NCBI GenBank assembly: GCA_018400815.1 | Contig: JAGYLS010000008.1 | Span: 1-44,567 of the forward strand | Origin: Candidatus Oleincola secundus | GTDB lineage: Bacteria > Atribacterota > Phoenicimicrobiia > Phoenicimicrobiales > Stramentimicrobiaceae | Direction of reading: 5' to 3' | Length of the DNA stretch: 44,567 nucleotides | Shown: positions 38,795-44,567 of the stretch, piece after piece | Position numbering within the stretch: position 1 is the first letter of the stretch | Layout: every line of letters begins with the position of its first letter | Made by a program: the position numbers and the translations under genes | The notes under the pieces: generated by a model | Told to the model about the DNA's origin: nothing | Databases searched by the model: none | What the model saw: only the letters and a program-made list of their open reading frames with translations

Positions 38795-39862
38795 TTACCT
38801 CATCTTCAGTATAGGTGAGCCTCCACCAAATTTCCCTATCGGAGAATCTCCAGAAATATTCATCTGGTAATTATTGCCCACAATACGGTCTCCCTCCTGT
38901 AGTCCTTCAACAATTTCCCGGTAAAATCCGTCACTAATTCCGGTCTTTACCGGTGTAGGAGTTGCCTTGTTCCCTTCAACTTTTAACACCATACTCCCCT
39001 GATTACCTTCTGAAACTGCCGTAACCGGAACTACAAGAGCGCCTTCAATGGAATCCACAATAATTTCAGCAGTGGCAGAAAATCCCGGTTTGAAATAAGG
39101 GGATACTTCATCCATACGAAGTGTAACCGGGACAGTTACTACTCCGCTTTCAGCCCTGGCATATTCGGCAACCTCTACCACTTTTCCGGAAAAAATTTGT
39201 TCTTCAAGAATATCCAATTCAATTTCCACTTCCTGCCCGACTTCTACTCTCTGGCAATCTACCTCACTAATGGAAACCTCCACCTCATAAGAAGCGTCAT
39301 CAATCATATAAATAACATCATCAATTCCCTCGATAAAATCTCCCTCTTCTACAAATATTTCTACTATTTTACCGAAAAAAGGGGCCTGGAGTGTTTTGGA
39401 TTCATATTTATCCAGGGCAACTTCCATGGTCAATTTTTTTTCTTCTATCTGAGTAGGAGATCCGGTAATTTTGGCCAGGTCATATTCATTTTTTGCCCTC
39501 AGATAATTTAGACGTTCCTGTTTATCTTCCAGCTTAACCAGCTCCTGTCCTTTTTCTACCACATCACCGGCTTTAACCAGTATATTCTCTACAGTGCCGC
39601 CGGCTGTTCCGGTAGTAGCAAAGCTCAAATATGTCTCGTTTTCCGGTTTTATGTAGCCACTGGTTGACACTGTTTTTTTGATATTTCCTCTGCTCACTTC
39701 TATAACCGTATCCGGATCAACCTCTTGGGTGAAACCATCTTCTTCTCCTGATTTAGAAGTGTTTCCAATAATAGGAATAGGCAAATAATCTTTGCCCAGA
39801 TAAATACCGCCACTGATTAGTATCAGTATAAATAGCCAGATAAATAATTTTTTCTTTCTCAT
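38795..39862 (-). CDS. Periplasmic adaptor/membrane fusion protein (MacA-like)
   Basis: N-terminal TM, lipoyl half-motifs (V..GD.V.KGQ.L; APF.G.I), VVPVTAV and V.TGISD; adjacent to a MacB-type ABC transporter. Confidence 0.92.
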   Translation of the reverse strand: MRKKKLFIWLFILILISGGIYLGKDYLPIPIIGNTSKSGEEDGFTQEVDPDTVIEVSRGNIKKTVSTSGYIKPENETYLSFATTGTAGGTVENILVKAGDVVEKGQELVKLEDKQERLNYLRAKNEYDLAKITGSPTQIEEKKLTMEVALDKYESKTLQAPFFGKIVEIFVEEGDFIEGIDDVIYMIDDASYEVEVSISEVDCQRVEVGQEVEIELDILEEQIFSGKVVEVAEYARAESGVVTVPVTLRMDEVSPYFKPGFSATAEIIVDSIEGALVVPVTAVSEGNQGSMVLKVEGNKATPTPVKTGISDGFYREIVEGLQEGDRIVGNNYQMNISGDSPIGKFGGGSPILKMR

Positions 39863-39874
39863 GCTATGTACACC

Positions 39875-41353
39875 TCAAAATTCTTCCTGTAAAAAACCTA
39901 TAAAATGCGCTAACTGCAAACGGTTTACAAACCATTCATCTTCAGCTTGCTTCACATTGATTTCCTTTTCTTTCAAGTTCAGTATTTCATTTTTCCATTG
40001 GGTCTCACTGATTGCACCCTGCTTATATTGTTTCTCCATGATCTCTGCCTTATCCTCTTCTTTCTCCAAAGCCAATAGCTGGTTATCCAGAGTAAGCTGA
40101 TTATACTGATCCTGATCCATTAACTGCTCTGCTTCTAATTTTAATTGTTCTTTTAGATAGACTATGCCGACTTCTTTCTGCCGAATATTATCCTGTTTTT
40201 GGTCCTCTTTTAACTCCTGGACTCCGCCATCTGCTAAATTAATAGAAAAATCCACCATTACAAACCAGTCAGCCGGAAATTGATATCCCCCGGACAAATT
40301 AACTATCGGTTTTCCCTCATCTTCAGTCCATCCCAATTCCTTGACTAGTTCTTCCTTCTCCAATTGACTATTTTTAACCTGGTAATTATTTTCCAGAATC
40401 TCTTCTATCAGATTTTTCTGATTTTCATAACCAGTCTCCATGGCATCCATTCGAGAGAAAAGTCCCTGGATAAAATCAACATTTTTTTCAAACTTTAACA
40501 TCTTATCTTCCGGTAAATTCAGAAAAAGTGAAAATTGTTTTTTGGCCCGAGAAAGAATTTTTTCCTGATTGAATAATTGATTTTTAGCTTCTTCCAGGGC
40601 AATTTGGGCTTCTGTTTCCTGCTGGTATCCTCCTTCTCCCAATTCTACCTTTTTTCTTATCCTGGATAATTCCTCTTCGGCCAGCACCATACGTTCTCTG
40701 GCAATCTCAGCCTGTTCCTGTAGGCGAATAATATCCAGGTAATCTCTGATAAATTCAATCTGTTTTTCCATCTCCTCCCACCTTAGTTCTGCTAATCTCC
40801 TTTTCAGGCTGTTTTCTAGGGAGTAGACCTGTTTTTCATTTTCAGTCCAGCTATCCGGATAAATATTTTTTTCTAATATTAGATTGGCATTGATTTGATT
40901 GAGTATTTCCTCAAAATCCCCCTGATTTAGATTCTCTGATTCCCAGGTAAATTCTGAAGATAGATTAATATCACCAACCAGTTTTTTGGTAGATTTTAGA
41001 CTCACCTGGGCGGCAGTAGTGAATGATTTTTCACCCATTTCCGGCATATCTTCTTCGGCATCTTCTGCATCTTCTCCTGTATAACCAAAGTTCCAGATAG
41101 GCTTTACACTCAAATCAGTCTGCAGGGATTCGGAAGCATCCAGAATTTTTAAATTTCTTTCCAGTTCAGTAATACTGTTACGAATAGTTTGTAAATCATG
41201 ATTTTTCTCAACACCCCACTGGATTGCTTCTTTAAAACTTAATTCCTTTACCTCGCTGGCTCCGGCGGGTAAAGATAAGATGAAAATACAGCAAAAAGCT
41301 AAAATCATCACCTGAAGATGGTAGTTTATACTGATGTATGTATTTTTTTTCAT
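39875..41353 (-). CDS. TolC-like outer membrane efflux protein
   Basis: Signal peptide, LSFKEAIQWG..N, coiled coils with duplicated K.ELGEG/KQYKQGAIS turns and a PIVNLSGGY beta segment; in the efflux operon. Confidence 0.75.
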   Translation of the reverse strand: MKKNTYISINYHLQVMILAFCCIFILSLPAGASEVKELSFKEAIQWGVEKNHDLQTIRNSITELERNLKILDASESLQTDLSVKPIWNFGYTGEDAEDAEEDMPEMGEKSFTTAAQVSLKSTKKLVGDINLSSEFTWESENLNQGDFEEILNQINANLILEKNIYPDSWTENEKQVYSLENSLKRRLAELRWEEMEKQIEFIRDYLDIIRLQEQAEIARERMVLAEEELSRIRKKVELGEGGYQQETEAQIALEEAKNQLFNQEKILSRAKKQFSLFLNLPEDKMLKFEKNVDFIQGLFSRMDAMETGYENQKNLIEEILENNYQVKNSQLEKEELVKELGWTEDEGKPIVNLSGGYQFPADWFVMVDFSINLADGGVQELKEDQKQDNIRQKEVGIVYLKEQLKLEAEQLMDQDQYNQLTLDNQLLALEKEEDKAEIMEKQYKQGAISETQWKNEILNLKEKEINVKQAEDEWFVNRLQLAHFIGFLQEEF

Positions 41354-42414
41354 TTTAACTCTCCTTCATCTAAAGTTCCCATTAATCTCTGTAGTTCCAG
41401 GTATGACTGATAAACCTGTCGAACAGAAGAAATGAGACGTGATTGGGCATCTAATACACCTATGGTAGCCGAAAGTGCTTCCTCATCACTCCTCAATCCG
41501 GCCTGCACCTGTCGCTGGATCATTTGTTCATTTTCCTTCATTTGATCCAAACTTCTCTGACTTAAAATAATGTCGTGGTTGGCCTGATTATAGTTTAACC
41601 ATTGGGTTTCTACCTGGTAATCAAGCTCCTGTTCAGCTAAGGATTGATCCAGCTGGGCTATTCCCAGGTTATTTTCCAGTTTTAGAATTTCTATCTCTGG
41701 TAAATCATTCGCTTTTGCTAACTCTAATTCTCTTTTGGTCTGTTCCAGCTTGATTTCCTGACTTCGTAAAGTGATGCTGTTCCCCCTGGTTTTATTGATG
41801 GCAGTCTCCAGGGTAATTTCCGGAAATTCGGGTATCTCCATTTCTGAGAGATGAATAGGTTGATTATGGTCAATTCCCAACCTGTCTTTTATTTCAATCA
41901 ACAGTTGCTGGTAATTCAGCTTGCTTTCCTGGTAAGAAAAAAGTGCATCATAATATTCATTTCCCTGCTGTAATAAATCAAGGTCAATGCTATGGCCGGC
42001 TGCTACTTGTTGTTCGATATCTCCCAGGATTATTTTTTCCAACTCTTCATTTTTCTCTCTGCTTTCAATGTCTTTTCCGGCCATCAAGAGACGAAAGTAA
42101 TCATCAACCACCTGAATGAGAAGCTGGTCTTTTTCTGACTGAAATTGGCTTTGTTGATTTAAGAGAGTCATTTCTTTCTGTAAATTTGATATGCCCGATT
42201 TGTTCAATAAATTTTCCGCTTCCATTTTTTTAATTTCCAGCCTGGTATTCTCCAGCTGATAACTGGCCTTTTTGAATTGCAGATTATTGGAGATAGCTAA
42301 CACAATCATCTGGGAAAACCCCAGGGTAATATTTTCCTGGGCTATAACAGGGGTGCTGCCGATACATACTGCTAGAAGCAGGGTGCACCCAAAAATTAAA
42401 TACTTTTTTTTCAT
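41350..42414 (-). CDS. Second, shorter TolC-like protein
   Basis: Signal peptide from ATG 42414 (GAGGAGG RBS); duplicated helical repeats QQVAAGHS..DL and RQVQAGLRS..E; ATGA overlap with the next gene. Confidence 0.7.
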   Translation of the reverse strand: MKKKYLIFGCTLLLAVCIGSTPVIAQENITLGFSQMIVLAISNNLQFKKASYQLENTRLEIKKMEAENLLNKSGISNLQKEMTLLNQQSQFQSEKDQLLIQVVDDYFRLLMAGKDIESREKNEELEKIILGDIEQQVAAGHSIDLDLLQQGNEYYDALFSYQESKLNYQQLLIEIKDRLGIDHNQPIHLSEMEIPEFPEITLETAINKTRGNSITLRSQEIKLEQTKRELELAKANDLPEIEILKLENNLGIAQLDQSLAEQELDYQVETQWLNYNQANHDIILSQRSLDQMKENEQMIQRQVQAGLRSDEEALSATIGVLDAQSRLISSVRQVYQSYLELQRLMGTLDEGELK

Positions 42415-42578
42415 TGCATTCCTCCTCAAAATCTATAACTGAACTTGTTTATTAACCATGACGTATGAGATGTATGATTTGGTTCACCTATTACTTATTA
42501 TAGTAATCAATTATAAAAAGTGCTTAAACAAAATCTTAAAATTTTATAAAAATTTCCTTTTATATTCCTTATATTTAC

Positions 42579-42624
42579 TTGACAAATAAAAAAACTTCTC
42601 TATAATTTATTTAGCTAGCTAAAT
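42579..42624 (+). promoter_or_regulatory. Consensus promoter with a palindromic putative MarR operator
   Basis: TTGACA (42579-42584), 16 nt, TATAAT (42601-42606), then the perfect palindrome ATTTAGCTAGCTAAAT (42609-42624) over the likely +1. Confidence 0.8.
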
Positions 42625-42640
42625 TTTTGAGGTGTGCGGA

Positions 42641-43084
42641 ATGAAAAACAAAACAAAAAATATACCAAGGCTTATTATGCAAATAGGTCATCATTTAAAA
42701 ATGTGCTTGGATGAGAACCTTAGCAACAATAATCTGACCATCTCTCAATTTAAGGTTTTGGCATATTTATGGGAACATGAGTACAAAAAAATCAATCAGA
42801 AACAAATTTATGAATTTCTGGAAATCAAACCTTCATCTATGACCAAATTAATAAAATTGCTGGAGGCAAAGAAACTGATTAAGAAAGAACCTGATCCGGA
42901 TGATGCCAGAAACACCATTGTAAAATTAACTAAAAAGGGAATGGAAATCAAAAGAATCTGTATACTAAATATCAAAGAAGCAGAAAATTACTTGTTGAAT
43001 GATTTTTCTCAAGAGGAAATTGAAGAACTGGTAATTTTACTATTAAAAATCAAAGAAAAAATTAACTATCAAACTAACCCCTAA
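42641..43084 (+). CDS. MarR-family transcriptional regulator
   Basis: LTISQFKVL, NQKQI..SSMTKLIKLLE..LI..D.DDAR..LT.KG winged helix; ATG 42641 follows GAGGTG. Confidence 0.93.
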   Translation: MKNKTKNIPRLIMQIGHHLKMCLDENLSNNNLTISQFKVLAYLWEHEYKKINQKQIYEFLEIKPSSMTKLIKLLEAKKLIKKEPDPDDARNTIVKLTKKGMEIKRICILNIKEAENYLLNDFSQEEIEELVILLLKIKEKINYQTNP

Positions 43085-43130
43085 TAATATAATGTTTTTA
43101 GGGAAAGTTAACTTATAAAGGAACAAATAA

Positions 43131-44537
43131 ATGGATGATAAAAGACTAGGAATTTTAAGGGACGAAAAGCCATTAAAGGCAATTTTAAGTCTGGCCATTC
43201 CCACAATGATGGGGATGATAGTTCAAATTTTCTATAATCTAACTGACACCTTTTTCGTGGGAAAGCTTAATGATCCTTATCAGGTAGCTGCTGTTTCTGT
43301 AGCTTTTCCAATATTTATGATGTTAATGTCAATTAGCGGCATGTTTGGTTTTGGTGCATCGTCCTATGTTTCCAGATTATTAGGCCAAAAAGACTATGAA
43401 ATGGCAAAAAATACCAGCTCTACAGCCTTTTATACATGTATTTTTGCAGGAATTGCAGTTACTATTTTAGGTTTATTTTTCATATCACCTATTCTACGAT
43501 TAATTGGAGTAACTCAGGAAACGTTTAGCCATGCAAATCAATATCTTACCATTATCTTTATGGGAAGTATTATTATTATGAGCAAATTTTCTTTAGGATT
43601 ATTGCTGCGTTCAGAAGGAGCTGCCAAAATAGCAATGTTTGGCATGTTTATAGGTACAGGTATAAATATAGTACTCGACCCAATCTTTATCCTGTTGCTT
43701 GGTTATGGAGTAAAAGGAGCAGCAATTGCTACTCTAATAGGTCAATTAAGTGGATTAATATTTTATCTTAATTTTTACCTTAAACAGAAAAGCCTAATAT
43801 CAATAAATTGGAAATACTTTTCTCCCAAAAAAGAAATATATCTGGAAATCTTTAGAGTCGGCATACCGGCATCACTAAATAATTTAATAATGAGTATTGC
43901 CCAGACAATCAGTAATTATGTAGCCGCAGGCTATAATGATATGGTAGTAGCTGCCTTTGGTATTAATTTTCGTATTTTTTCAATGGCAATCATGTTATTG
44001 ATAGGATTATCGGAAGGAACACAACCATTAATTGGATACAGCTATGGAGCAAAGAAGATTACCAGACTTAATGAGATCATTAAAACAGCAAGTCTAATGG
44101 CTACTGGTATTTCGGTCTTCTTTTTATTCATCTTCTATTTCTTCTCCGGACAGATGATTCGAATCTTTATCAACAACGAAGAAGTCATCAATTATGGCAT
44201 TCAAATTATGAGAGCAATGATAATTTCATTGCCCTTCGCTGGAATTCAATTCTTAATTAGAGTTAGTTTTCAAGCTTTAGGTAAAGGAAAACCCGCCTTG
44301 ATTCTAGCATTATCCAGACAGGGCTTGTTTTATATACCAACTCTTTTCACACTAAATTATCTATTTGGATTTTCCGGCTTTATCTATGCCCAGCCAATCG
44401 CCAACATTTTGACTTTTGTACTGGCAGTTATTTTATTCCAACGGATTAAATTACAAATCGACAACGAATATCAAGAACAAGAAATAGATAGCAAAATAAT
44501 TAGCCCTAAATTGAAAGAATCCTGTTCAGAAATTTAG
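43131..44537 (+). CDS. MATE family efflux transporter
   Basis: LAIP..YNLTDTFFVG, NIVLDPIFI, GVKGAAIAT and QPLIGYSYGA motifs; about 12 TM segments. Confidence 0.95.
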   Translation: MDDKRLGILRDEKPLKAILSLAIPTMMGMIVQIFYNLTDTFFVGKLNDPYQVAAVSVAFPIFMMLMSISGMFGFGASSYVSRLLGQKDYEMAKNTSSTAFYTCIFAGIAVTILGLFFISPILRLIGVTQETFSHANQYLTIIFMGSIIIMSKFSLGLLLRSEGAAKIAMFGMFIGTGINIVLDPIFILLLGYGVKGAAIATLIGQLSGLIFYLNFYLKQKSLISINWKYFSPKKEIYLEIFRVGIPASLNNLIMSIAQTISNYVAAGYNDMVVAAFGINFRIFSMAIMLLIGLSEGTQPLIGYSYGAKKITRLNEIIKTASLMATGISVFFLFIFYFFSGQMIRIFINNEEVINYGIQIMRAMIISLPFAGIQFLIRVSFQALGKGKPALILALSRQGLFYIPTLFTLNYLFGFSGFIYAQPIANILTFVLAVILFQRIKLQIDNEYQEQEIDSKIISPKLKESCSEI

Positions 44538-44541
44538 AGAT

Positions 44542-44562
44542 TTTATTTAACCATTACCACCT
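44542..44562. repeat. Fragment of the repeat's terminal palindrome at the window end
   Basis: TTTATTTAACCATTACCACCTT matches the palindrome arm in copies 2 and 4; cut off by the window edge. Confidence 0.65.
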
Positions 44563-44567
44563 TTTTT

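Noticed and set aside
575..40100. Numerous 60-130 aa ORFs overlapping long genes (e.g. 575-775, 4866-5168, 12014-12346, 20119-20502, 28882-29253, 39197-39511)
   Set aside because: They are antisense or out-of-frame to well-supported genes, with no motifs or RBS.

Overview
AT-rich window from an anaerobic, amino-acid-fermenting bacterium. Firmicutes-style riboswitches occur alongside TolC-type outer-membrane factors, which fits a diderm such as Atribacterota (inference). Minus-strand genes, listed by position: dapA (partial), lysC, dapL, dapF and lysA, forming one operon under a lysine riboswitch; tkt; the glycyl-radical enzyme HypD with its activase; an uncharacterised aminotransferase/opine dehydrogenase/TRAP/M20 hydrolase cluster; pyrR; a class III aminotransferase; OTCase; a heavily frameshifted IclR + DUF1015 segment; serA and a class V aminotransferase under a Ser T-box; purH, purD; a hypothetical gene; glucan phosphorylase. 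Then come a two-component system (+), a MacAB-like exporter with two TolC-like genes (-) and MarR-MATE (+). The most notable non-coding structure is a ~250-bp intergenic repeat with hairpins at both ends, probably an IS200/IS605-derived non-autonomous element. It is present four times in the same orientation, plus a fragment at the window end. One copy is precisely interrupted by an intact group IIC intron (2027-3890), inserted in the terminal palindrome at an attC-like TTTA|ACCA site inside the lysine operon. All product calls come from motif recognition by eye; no database searches were run.
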